A stretch of 64,000 bases of DNA, from positions 101,124,001 to 101,188,000 of the forward strand of contig NC_087437.1 in the NCBI RefSeq assembly GCF_036321535.1, given 5' to 3'. The DNA comes from Camelus dromedarius (lineage: Eukaryota). Shown here one piece after another: positions 26,006 to 38,620 of the stretch. A model generated the notes under the pieces. The model had not been told where the DNA came from and made no database searches. It was given only the letters and a program-made list of their open reading frames with translations. Position 1 is the stretch's first letter; every line of letters starts with the position of its first letter. The position numbers were made by a program, and so were the translations under genes.

Positions 26006-29000
26006 AATGTTAAAATCATACTGCTCTTGACTTATTGAATTTTTAAATGTCTTGGGCATGATATTTATACTTCAATTATGATTAACTTATGTACTTTAAC
26101 ACAGATTTGAGAGAGGTTATTGCTTTAAAAAGGGAAGAGTGTCTTTCTTTCAATGTGGAGACTTTGATAAGTGCAACAAGTTGCCATGACATACAATATC
26201 ACATCCAAATTTTAATGTCAAAACTTTCTGCAAAGCCAAGTGAATTGTTATAGAGAGAAATAGAAAATGTATTTTAAAATGTCTCCATAAATCTGTTTCG
26301 CAGATTTTAGTTTACATCAACCTTTAAACATTCAGAGTGATGGCAATATTTTTCATATTAATAAATAATTTTCTCAGGAGGAACAATATTGAAAAATGAA
26401 GAGAAAATGACAAAATAATTTTCAAAATCAAGAGAGAGTTTGAAAAAGAATAATGAAATAAAACATGAAAGTAGCCTCAAAATAGTATATTTTTGAAAGT
26501 TTTCCCCAGATATGAATATTAAGTACAATTTCATTAAAAATTGAAACTAAATTATTTTGAAAACTTGCTATACTTAGTAAAAGCTGTACAGAATTCTATA
26601 CATCATCTGACATAGCCTGATAAAATTTCAAATAAAAAAAAATGATTTTACTATATATAAAAAGGGAGGATTTTATGGTTCAAGTAGTATTATGTGGGAA
26701 GTAGAAAACATTTTTATATTAACCAAAAAAAGTTAATTGACACCTAGGAGAATAGAGTTTAAAAATATTATTATATATTTGTTTTTGACTCAAATGAACT
26801 GAATGGCAACTTCAAAGTAGATACCACTGCATCCTGAGAATTTGTTCCATTTTTTAAATGTGAATATGGGTTAATGAACATTCTTCTCTACTATCTTGGT
26901 AAGAGATTTGGCTCCCCTTGAGAAATAGTTATCCTTTGCTTAGTGATGAATTCCATGGCATCTCTAACTTCTAAGGCATGCGCAACTCACACAGACAGTT
27001 CTTTCCGGAGAGTCACATCAAATACGGAACTGACAATATTCCAGAGAAAACTAAACACTTACGGTTGGTAGAACATGTTATTCCGTATTTAAACGGAAGA
27101 ATAAACAAATTGAAACACCATTAACCAGATGCATGATTGTCTCTTACACGGTTAACACAGACCAAAGAATAGCTTGAGTGCTGGCTGCTCTTGAACAGAG
27201 GATATTAACATAAAACGGACAACCACTTTCTCCCCCACAGGCAGAAGAGCCGTTGTGGCTACAGAATTCAAGATGCTAAACTGATAATCTCTGTTACTTT
27301 GCTGGAGTTCATTCAAAAGATGAAATCCATTACCTATCTCAGCTCTAAGAGTTACGATTTCAATGCCAACTAAAAGAAAGGTAACAAAATTGGTAATTAA
27401 ATAGGCAAAGAGTTCTTAGGAGATAGCACTGTTGTTAAGCTTTTATATTTTCGTGTTAATTACCGTGTTTTTCAATTTGAATAGACTTAAGGCACAAATA
27501 TTGGGGAGGAGAAATTGTTAGGTTTGTATTTTCTGGTGATTGTGATTCGCCACTGAGAAAAGCTTAGTGTTGAACACACGGAAAAGCTCACTTACAGCTC
27601 ACGAGGTGGACTAATAGGAACTCAGGCAGATCCCCACATAATCCCAGTGTCATGTCATTATGGATGTACAAGAACAGTATAGACTGGGAAGAAAATACAT
27701 GCTAGGCAGTATAAAGTCCTTGAAAATAGTGGGTGTTTGATGTAAATAAGATACTCAATAAAAGAAACATTTTTTATTTTTTGTATCTGGAGGTTAGGTC
27801 CACTTTAGAAAATAGTTGTAAACTAAACAGTATTCTTCTCTTCTCTCAAAAGTTATTTTGAGTCCAATAGACCTTACTAAAATTTGGAGTAAACTTTTCA
27901 TGCAGATGTTTGAAAGTATGGTAAAATTGGAAAAAGATTCTCCTATGCATATTTTCTAGAAACACCAAAGGGACTCAAAATATGGTCTCTTGTGTCTTTC
28001 TTCCATCTTTTCAAAGAGCACTGGATATCTAAATATATGTGGTTATCATTTTACATAAGTATTTCTGTAAATTTATAACTGATAAAGGGACATTTTTAAC
28101 CATAATATTTGTCAACACTTCTTGGTAAAATTCAAACCCTAGAAATATACTTCTTCAGAAAATTATGCAGTTTTTAAAACAAGATTATTGAGCTATGTAT
28201 TATTTTACATAATATCCAGGTATTTATAATTGGTTATATGAAATAAATCATGCAAGTCCATTTAAATTTTTCTGTTACTAGAATTATATAAAATACATAA
28301 TTTCTAAAATGATGTATTTAGCTAATTGTTTCTGAAACTCAAAAAAGCATGCATTTTCAAGTTCTATGTCCAGTGTATGGAAGTGGCCAATAGCAAATGT
28401 CTCTTTGGCACAATAAATTTAACTCATTAGATTGAAATCCTAAATTAAAAACTTCAGTGGGGTCCTGTAGACCCTATAAACGTGCCCCTCACTTATCACT
28501 AAAATACAACTACCTTTGGAATAAAACATTGCAATATAGTTTGTGGTTTTCAACAAGCTGAGAATCTCTTTTAAGTATTTTACCTACAGTCTACTACAAT
28601 TTAAAAATTCCATGTAACATCCTAAAGCAGTCAATGGATGTTCAAGACATCACATACACAAAGCTTATTTGCCTATGGCAAAAATGTGTTTTTACTGCAG
28701 ATAGCAAATACTTCTACAGTTAATATTTCATTCAAGATCATATGGAAGCATCCTGCTTACTAGGTGAGACATCTAGGTATCATTTATTACCAGGACTTTT
28801 ATTGGCTTGGAGTGTAAAGCAATTGACATACAAATAAATTTCATGTATTTCATACATCAATTTGAAGATATTCTACAGAGTTCTACTCCTGTGAAACTAC
28901 CTGCAATATCAAGGTAATTAATATATAATCCCCATCACTTGCAGAAGTTTCCTGGTGCCACTAAGTAATCTTTCATTCTTGTAAAATGGTTGTGCCATCT

Positions 29001-29544
29001 TACATTCTGATCAGCAGTGTAAGAAACTTACAGTCCCTTCACATCCTCATCAATACTTGGTAGTATCGGCTATTTCAAATTTAACCATTCTAATAGATAT
29101 ATATTTATTTCTTCCAGTGATGCAAACTGGCCTCTCCCTCAAAAAATGCTGTTTGATGTATTTTGCGCATTTTTGTTGTTCTTTCAGGCACGAAGGCAAA
29201 TTTGGTCCAGTTCCCTGCATCTTGGCTAGAAATGAAAGTCCTCACTAGCAGAGAATTTTGAAGGAGAAGGAAGAGGAGGAGAAGAAGAAGAAAATAAAAA
29301 AGAGCCAAACAGCTAATATGAGATTCTTAAGTATTTTTAAACTTTAGGTGATGTTATTCTTGAATAAATAAAAAAAAGAAATTACAAAAAAATGAAGACC
29401 ATAAACCTTCTAAATAATTATATTTACATAAATTAATTGACTTTGTTTTCCCTAAGGGTATTCTATGTACTGATTGATTTATTATGCTCTTCTGAATTGG
29501 GAATTGTATGGTATAGATGTACTTTATTCAACTTTGACTATATA

Positions 29545-29750
29545 CTCGTCCCCAGTATCTGAGGGGGATCAATTCCAAGACCCTCACAGATACCAAAATT
29601 CATGGATGCTCTAGTCCCTTATGTAAAATGGTATAGTATTTGCATATAACATAAGCACTTCCTCCTGGATACTTTAAATCATCTCTAGATTACTTATTGT
29701 AGCTAATACAATATAAAAACTGTGTAAATGGTTGTAAATACAATGATATG
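29545..29750 (+). mobile_element. MER2-like DNA transposon, 5' part
   Basis: gataccaaaattcatggatgctctagtcccttatgtaaaatgg..tagtatttgcatataac...tactttaaatcatctctagattacttat. Confidence 0.85.
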
Positions 29751-30184
29751 CTGGGTCTACAGTTAAAAACAAATAGAAAATTTTGATTCCAAGAGGCACA
29801 GTTTTTGACCCTCTATAAACAGAAATAAAAATGATTCTTGAAGTTATATGTAAAAAACATTATTTATATATAAAAGAGTCAGCATTATTTAACATGTTTT
29901 GAGGGTTGTCAAGTCTGCAAAAAGATGAACATTATCAATAAAGATTGTATTTAAAGGGTGCTTTGTTTGATTAATAAATATACTGAAATGAGAAGCCTAA
30001 ATATAAGAAAACAACATCTTGGCACAGACAGTAATGAGGGAAGGTCACTGCAGGACTCATTATGAATCAGAATCGAGACTTTTGGCTATATTTTGCAAAT
30101 GCCTCTCATTTGTTCTGTAGGGAAAAAAAAAAAAAACGGGAAATTATTACCTTGTTTTGAATGCGTAATGATTGTATTTTTTTC

Positions 30185-30685
30185 TGTGGCAGGCAGAATA
30201 ATGATACTTCTCCAAGAAGATGTCCATGTCCTAACCTGTAAAACCTGTTACTCTGTTATCTTACACAGCATGAGGGAATTTGCAGATGTGGTGAAGGGTA
30301 GGGACCTTGAGAAGGGGAGATTATCCTGAATTATCTGGTTGGGCCCAATTGAATCACATGAGTCCTTAAAAAAGGAGGACCTTTCCTGCCTATGGTAAGA
30401 AGGAGATGTAAACTGGCAATAATGATCGGAGAGGTACAATGTGGCTGGCTTTGAAGATGGAGGAAGAATGCAGGAATTCAGGCTGCCTCTAAAAGCCAGA
30501 AAAGGTAAGGAAACTGACCCTCCCCTAGAACCTCCAGAAAGAAACACAGGTCTGCTAACACCTTGATTTCAGCCCTGTGGGTCTCATGTTGTAATTCTGA
30601 CCTATAGAAATGTAAGATAATAAATTTGTTCCTTTTAAGCTGCTATACTTGTAATTTGTTATGGCAGTAATAGTGCACTAATATA
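30185..30685 (+). mobile_element. MaLR LTR (MLT1D-like), full length
   Basis: tgtggcaggcagaataatg...tttgcagatgtg...ggggagattatcctgaattatctggttgggccc...tgctaacaccttgatttcagccc. Confidence 0.9.
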
Positions 30686-30897
30686 GTTACCTATACACTT
30701 CTGTAAATCAGTGGTATAATAAACTGCCTTGAATCCTTATTACATGTAAATTCAGACTTTCTCAACTAAAATTGATGCTGTCTTTTCAAATACAGGGGCT
30801 TAATAAGTTTTAAAGAATAACCAAAGTTAAATATCTGTACTATTTAGGTCCTAGATGACCACTAACTCTCAAGGATAAAAACTGGTAAGTCTCACAC

Positions 30898-31433
30898 TGT
30901 ATGGGCTTTCTCTTGCCGCTATAACAAATTAGCACAGATATAATGGATTAAAGTAAAATCCAAAATCTGTTGTTTCCATGGGGAGAAGTCCAAGAACAGC
31001 ATGACTCCAATGGGTCTCTGCTCAGAATCACACTAGGTGTAAATGAGGTGTCTGTGGGGCTCTGCTTCTCAGGTCAGTCCCTTGTTGGCTGCCCATCTCA
31101 GCTTCCAGAGCTGAACCACATTGTATGGCTCTTGGCCACATTCTTCCATTTTCAAAGTCAGCAAAGACAGATCAAATCTCTTTCAAACTTTGAATCACTC
31201 CTGCTTCGTCCACTGTCCTATCCCTCTGACTTTCTGCCTTCCTTTTCCATTTGTAAAGTCCCAGATGGTTACACCAGTCTCATCCAGATAATCCAGTGCA
31301 ATCTCCATAAAGTATATGACCTTTACTTCCTTGCAGAGATCCTTTGCCATGTAATAGAACATATTCTCTGGTTCCAGGGACTAGGGCGTGGCCATCTTTG
31401 TAGGAATGGGAGGGGCTTTATTCTGTTTACCAC
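30898..31433 (-). mobile_element. MaLR LTR (MLT1E-like)
   Basis: gctataacaaattagcaca...atccagataatccagtgcaatctcc...cctttgccatgtaa...ttattctgtttaccaca. Confidence 0.8.
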
Positions 31434-34400
31434 AGACGTTAAATCATATTATTTTTGTTTGGGCATCTACAACCACAGAAACAGAAATGAGTAGCCAATC
31501 TGTCATACTAACAGCTCGCTATAGTGATGAATAAAGAGGAAAGCAATGACACGTGAACAGTCAGATCACCCAGAAGTTGAGGTGATGGTGCATGTGTTTC
31601 AACACAGCTGTGCTATTTACACAGGGTCTCATCAGACTGTCAGAATTAGGGAAATCAAAGATCCCAACTTTGTCTCTCTGGCTATTTTATCAGTGCTTTC
31701 TAAAAACCTCCTATACAATTTGGTGACGCTATAGGACAGTGTACAAGGTTATAGGATATAATCCTATTTGTTGCTGCTCTGCTCTGTAGAAAGCTGGATG
31801 AGGAAACAGAAGAAAATAGATATCCACACTTGGTGGTTATTTGTGGGATAGCAAGATGCAGTTCTTTTAAACAGGTCAAGGATTATATACCGCTTGAAAA
31901 ATTAATGCATGAGAACAATTGATTTGGAAAGATAGTTGTCAGTATGCATTTAAATAAATTCTCTATAATTACATAAACTTAAATTGGAATATATTGGTAT
32001 ATGAATTAGCATAAAGTTGACATTGTCCTATTTACACTTAGGATAGAAAAATGCAGTGATACCTGTCTAGAAAACCAACTCAATTAAAACATATCTGTAC
32101 CTAATAACAGTCTGGCTGTTTTCTGTTTCCTAGAATTGTAGAAAATGTTATTTTGAATATTTCTGACTTTTTTAAAATAATTCTGATGACACAGCAATGA
32201 ATGGGTTGTCTTTCCCCAGAGGCCCTGGACTCCTGTTTGTACAAATGTGTGATATTTATTCATTTGTTTCATAAGAAATGGGATTCCTGGCTCATATTAA
32301 GTTCCAAATCATCTTCCACTTGCATACCTCTTAGAATGATTTGAACATGTCTCAAAGCAATCTGTGCCCAATGCCATCACTAAAAGTGAGCACTTGTGTT
32401 TATGCTTCTGTTCAATTCTAGTGTTCCCTACTGTTCTGATGTCCCTAACCACAGTCCAGTTTTGAAAGAAGCAAAGAGTTGTGTCAGCTGGTGTCATATC
32501 TAGGTTTACTGTAAATTGTAAGTTAATTAACATAGATTTTCAATTGCCATTTTTTGGCCCAAAGATGCAAAGAAATCTGCATTTAGAGAATAAATATTTG
32601 GGCAAGACTGAAAAGTGTAGTAAGTCACTGAGACAGTGTTCACTATGTTCAAAACTTAATAGTTGTGGCAGATGATGAGGTGCTACAACCAAAAAAAATG
32701 TATTTTGTGCTTTCAGAGAAAAATGGTGAGACTGAGACTGTGTTACCAGATTTTTTTTTTTTTTTCAGGATGACAGCTACATTTTTTTTTAACTTCCACA
32801 ATGGAAGATATGTAGACATTGAAATCAGGGCATCAACTTGGGTCTATGATTCAGAGATCAGATGGTTCAGAAGTTAAGTAAAATTTTTTAAAAACTCACT
32901 ATACTTCTTACTTCTTGATCTGTGGATGTAATTAAAAGTGGTCCCTCCAATCACTGTAAGTGTTATTAGACCCTTTCTGCCATGAATAAATTAGATGTCG
33001 TGAGTACTTGCAGAGAAGGTGCATCATCATATATGGGCAGTTTTGGGGACAGTCATTGGTTATTTCTTCAATGAAATTTAGGTGAGCCAGATACTGTGTA
33101 AACTAAATTCCAGCAACAGAAATTGAATAAGTTGACCTGTAGACTGTAAAAGGACATTGACAATCATAATAGAGAATTTGTATCTATGAAAAACAAGGTT
33201 ACTTCAGAGTATGGGAAGAGTTTGCTCATTCATGAGGTTGGTATAGGGTATCTGGTCTCAGAGATTTCCAATGTCCATTTGTACTTTCCAGACAACTATT
33301 GAGGATGAGAAAATAAAGCTAGAGGAGAATCTGTTCATAATTTGGGCTAACCCCCTAATTAGTTACAAAATCATTTACTTATTAATTATCAAGTAATAGT
33401 TTACTGATAAGTCAAAGAATTCTCAAATCATATAATTATTATCTCTTCTTTTCCCCAGGATTTAAAATTTACCTTTCTCTTCCAAGGAAATTATTTCACT
33501 GTCTAGTGTTCTAACAAGGGAATTTGATCTTATCTCTATGGGTCAAGCCATATCTCTGTGAGAATAGAAGCTAGGTAATCTGAGGTGCTACTTAAAACTT
33601 TTTGTTGTCCATCTCCCTCAGGTAAGATGTTATCCAGAACAATAATGCTAAAAATGTTGAGGTTTTACCAAAGGATGAGTGTGACACTGTGATCCACAGC
33701 GGTATGATTTAGGTCTCTTGTGCCCTGACCTTGTCAATGGTGCCCCCTCCACATTTGACTGTTTCCTCTATTCATGGGATAGCATTTGCCATTCATAAGT
33801 CAATCAGTGTTGTAAACTACTCCAAGCTCTTCCAAATCAACCAGCTAACAGTAAGTATGGTTTGGCATGATTGGACATAGCAAAATTGAACTCCTTGAAT
33901 CTATTTTAAATGGCAGGAGCCTAAGACTAGTTAACCTGTCTTTGACGAAGATTCTAGAAGCAGTATCATGAACAGCCATTGCTTTGGATAAAACACTGCC
34001 CCCTCCAGAGTAACTGAAAGTACTCTAAGTAACACAGGGAAACATGTTCCAGAACAAAGTCAAATTGAAAGCATAAAAGTTAACCAGGGGTCATGGTCAC
34101 TAGCAGAGAATTGAGCACAGAGCAAATTTTTGTGAAATCTACAGATAGTTCTGCTTACTGCTCAATTCAATATTTGATAGAAAGTTGGATTGCACTTTTG
34201 TTTAAGAGCATCTTAAAAGCACAAAGCATCCTCTAATGCCCTCACAACTTCTGTTTCTAAATGTATATAACTGTGTCATTTGGAAAAATACTTACTTAAT
34301 ATAAGGTGTTTATTTGTCATTTTATTTAAAACAATGCAAAAGTCTTTCAACTGAAATTGCTAGTTTTAGTCAATGTTGTTACTCCCAGTTGTACTGTATT

Positions 34401-35084
34401 CCAAGTGGGTTTTTATTCTTGTTGATAAATGTCCTGGCTTTTAGTTTGACCATTGAAATAGTGGGAATGGTAGTCAATCAAAATGTACTTCTGTGCATTT
34501 AAATGAACCTTTCGGAAAAATGAACAAGATTGAAACCTTTAAAAGGCCCTAGTATGTTCACTAAGTGCAGAAGCGATTAATCTTTACCCTTATGTTGGCA
34601 GCAGCCATAAAATGTATGCAATTAAAGTCTAAAATGACATATTTCTATGGCATATACTGTGAAGTCATCCGAGAGATAATAAAATAGGATAAACAGGATA
34701 TGTGCACAGTATCCTGCAAATAAGAATCCCTAATAAAAGTGTTCAGCACAATACAAGGTGGACACATTGAACAGTTCAGTCAAATGTTTGTAATAATTAT
34801 TTATCTGCTCTAAGATTGTGTTAATTTCTAGAATAATGGGAGGTGATACTTCTTTTTAAGTCTCACTGATTTCTATTACAAGTGAATTTTAAATTTGGAG
34901 AAGGGTGGTGACTAAGAAACTATCAATGACAATATTTTTGTTCTTTTGTATCAAAAGAAGGGCAATTTTATAACATTTCCAGTCAGAAATTATTTGAAAT
35001 TATGTATGAAATAAAGGTTCTTATTTGGATAGGTTGCAGATAATTTTTTTCTTTCTATCTATCCATTAAGTAATTTTTACAAAA

Positions 35085-35507
35085 ATTACTAGTTGTTACC
35101 CACTGTCTATTTTACTTTTATAGAATAGTAAGACTCAAGTCCTGAACAGACTACACTTCCCAGTCCCCCTCACTTATGTTTGTGACCCTATAATTAATTT
35201 TTAGCCAATAGGACACAAATAAATATTTTTCAAGCAATTTCTATGAAGGAGTAACCTTCTTGTCTGGTGTCTTTTTTTTTTCCTGAAAGCTGAGATCCTA
35301 TTATAGTGATTAGTATTACAGCAGTCACTTTGGATGACACTGTGAAAGCTAGCGATTGAAGATGGATGAGTAACAACATGGACTGGGCCAAGGATGCTTG
35401 TAAAACTTCAATCAGAGCCCTAGACTACAAAGTTTGTGAAAAGGAGAAATAATATTTTTAACATTTGTCAGTAATTCTGTAACTCAGTTAAATTTAAAGC
35501 TAATACA
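35085..35507 (+). mobile_element. Old MaLR/ERVL LTR (MLT1I/J-like)
   Basis: ctacacttcccagtccccct...ttagccaataggac...cagcagtcactttgga...gctaataca. Confidence 0.55.
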
Positions 35508-36074
35508 GTAAGCAAAACCTTTAAAAACTGTGTCATAATAAAGAGGTATTTGGTATTGCTTTCTTAATGGCAATTTTGTACACAGCAAGTACCTTTCTTT
35601 ACAATGAATATACACATTGGAAATGTTACATTAGTGGGATAATGTGAATTTACTACATTTATCCTTAAAAGTGATTTTACCTCAGTTTCTTTTAACTAAC
35701 AAAATTATTTATAATTGAGAAAAAGGTAAAAACAGGAATAGATAAAAGATGCTTCTTTGCATTGAAAATGAAGTATTTCCTTAAGTCAGGCAGAGCTATG
35801 ATAGCTGTCCACCTTGCCAGTATGGCTTTAAAATTATAGACTATAACTTAATACAAAAGAGAAGAAGTAGGAGAGGATATCAGGCACTGATAATGGAATA
35901 GAAAGGTCAGCATAGTGAAGAATGAGCAGGAGATAGAAGGGACACAAGGCATTAGCAACATTGCCAGCACCAGCACTGCTTCTTCCAGAAATACGCTGCA
36001 AGAGTAAGTCAGTCCCCCTGGATACTTACTCCTTCTGTAGCTTCACTTTATATTGGAATAGTTCACTTTTTAGT

Positions 36075-36630
36075 TCTCTTTTATATTTGAATTTCCATAT
36101 TGAAATAATTTGATATATACACAAAAGAATGTATATATTCTAAATAGAAGCAGCACAAAGAATTCCCAAATGTGCTTCCTACTGCCTGTCAAATGTTAAT
36201 GATGTTCAAAATCACAACATAGTGATCAAAATTAGGATATTAACATGGACATAATAGCATTCTCGACTCTATCAACCTTAATCAAAGTTTAACATTTGTT
36301 CCAACAATGTTTCTTTGCAGAGCAATATTCAACCCAGGCTCCCACATTGCATTCAATCATCATTTCTTCTTAGTCTCCTTTGATCTAAAACAGCTTTGCA
36401 CTCTTTTTTTTTTTTTAATGCTATTGAAGCTTTTGAAGAATATTGACAAGGTATTTTATATAATATTCCTCAATGTCTGATGTTTGTTCATAATTTAAGT
36501 TATATATTTTAAACCAGAATACTACGAAAGTAACGCCATCCCTTTCTTGGTATTTTATATGATGAAGTACACAGTATTAGTACATTTCCTTTTGGATTAT
36601 GTTAACTTTGATCACTTGGTTGAGGTGTTG
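36075..36630 (-). mobile_element. L1MC-like 3' end
   Basis: cacattgcattcaatcatcatttcttcttagtctcctttgatcta and gttaactttgatcacttggttgaggtg. Confidence 0.75.
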
Positions 36631-36779
36631 TCTATACTATGGGAGACTTATGTTTTAATGTTTATCTCAGAATGTACTTAATTTGTTCATCTGTATATTT
36701 TTTTCATCTATAAATTATTTAAAAGAAGATGGCTGACTATTGAACATCAAGGTAAATTAACAAAGACTGGGTTTTCCTG

Positions 36780-38620
36780 TCAAATTTAGCAAACAGATAA
36801 CAGGACCAAATATACGAAACATTATTTTTCATAAAGGGAACAACTGTGCAGTCCTGTTGTTACCAAGGGAATGTAAACAAATGAGGTAAGTCTTATGATT
36901 GCACCAGCCCAAAACCTGGAAGAATTTTCAAGTTACTGTGGAACAGCGAAGAAAATACTTCACTGTCTAGAGGAAATCTCCAGGCAACAGTATAAGTTGG
37001 GCAAAACTAAGTGCTCCAGTCAACTTACTGAAATAGGACACAGAAACCAGAGTTTGGAAAGGTGAGGGAGGCTCATGTCGTGGGGTGCAGTGCACAGAGG
37101 AGAGACTTTCACAGGGAGATGGCTGTGGAGCCCTGCAGAGGTGTTCTTTCTTATAGCTTTAATTGATAATGATACACACATACGTGAGAGAAAACCTGAA
37201 TTTTGGGGAGTACCTGCCAGGTAAAGGTAGACAAAAGGAAAAAAACGAAGGCAAAAACAAAACTGGAGCCCCAGGAGTCTGGGAATTATTTGTGTTCCTA
37301 CTGATCAGAAAAGGAAGACTTTATAACTAACAGAAAATTGGATAGAATTCTCAGAATGGCATTATCTTAAAAATAGGGCTAGATTAGTTCTAGACTATTG
37401 GTTGTTCTAGACTTGCTCTAAACACACTTAAAGCAAGCCTTGGAAGGATTCAACTGACTACAAGTAACTTGATGTATGTTACAACAAATCTAGCATTAAA
37501 GAATAACAAAAATATAACCAACAGTATAAATACACAATGTTCAGCACTCAATAGGAAATTATAAGGTAAGCAAAAGAGCAAGAGGATATTACCCCCCAAA
37601 AAGAGAAAAATCAATCTATAGAGTAAACTGAGAAATGACAAAGCTGATGGAACCAATAGACAAGACAGGCTAAAACAGCTGTTATGAATGTTTCATATGA
37701 TCTAGAAGAAAGAAAAAAAAAGTGTATGATTATGAGAGAAATACTAGATATAAAAATACCAGGAAAGTGACTTGGAAAGAGAGAAAAACAAAAAACAACT
37801 TGAAGCAAACTTGAAGACATGACAACAAAAGCTCCCAAAATGAAGTGCAGAGAGAACAAAACCTGATAAAAAAAAATAAGGAGAGCTGGATTAACTGAAA
37901 GCAATAACAAGTGATTTAACATATAAATAATTGGACACAAAGAAAGAGAGAATAAAAGTATTGGAAGATAGAATGATTGAATTTTTTTAATTTAATAAAA
38001 AATATAAATCTGGTTGTTAAAGAATTTCAATGATCACCAAGTAAAATAAATCTATAGAAAATCATGCCATGACAAGTAACAATTAAAAGAAAATCTTAAC
38101 ACATTAGTAGAAAAAAAGACAATATTTTTACAGATGATCTTTAAAGCATATGGTTATCAGAAACAATGCAAACAAGGAGATAGCGGAGGAAACTGTCAAC
38201 CTAGAATTTTTATCCAGTAAATTATTGTTCAAAAGTGAAGGTAGGAAAAACATACTTGGTTCAGGAAAACAAAAACTAAGAAATTATTTCCAGGAGATAC
38301 ACATTAGAAAAACTTAAAAAATTTCCAAGTAGCAGAGGCATGATACCAAAGGGAAATTTGGGGTTACTCAAATGAATGAAGAGCATCAGAAGTGGTAAAT
38401 GCAATATAAGCAATCCAATTTGTCTTATTTTCAGTCTATTAAAAAGATAACTGACATAAATATAACAATCATATATGAGTGCAGCTACTCATGAAGACTC
38501 AAAATGCATAAAGAAAAATATGACAGTATCTGCAGAAGAGAGAAAAATTCATGTTAGAACTGGAGGTTTCAATGTCTTTTTTTTTTTCAGCAACTGATGG
38601 ATCATACACACAGCAAAATT
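36780..38620 (+). mobile_element. Old L1M (L1MD/MC-like) 5' UTR-ORF1 region
   Basis: A-rich ORF1-like remnant; aactgtcaacctagaatttt.tatccag, tcaaaagtgaagg, atgataccaaagggaaat. Confidence 0.7.

Noticed and set aside
30970..31494. 174-aa ORF
   Set aside because: It lies almost entirely within an antisense MLT1 LTR, starts at TTG and has no recognisable domain.
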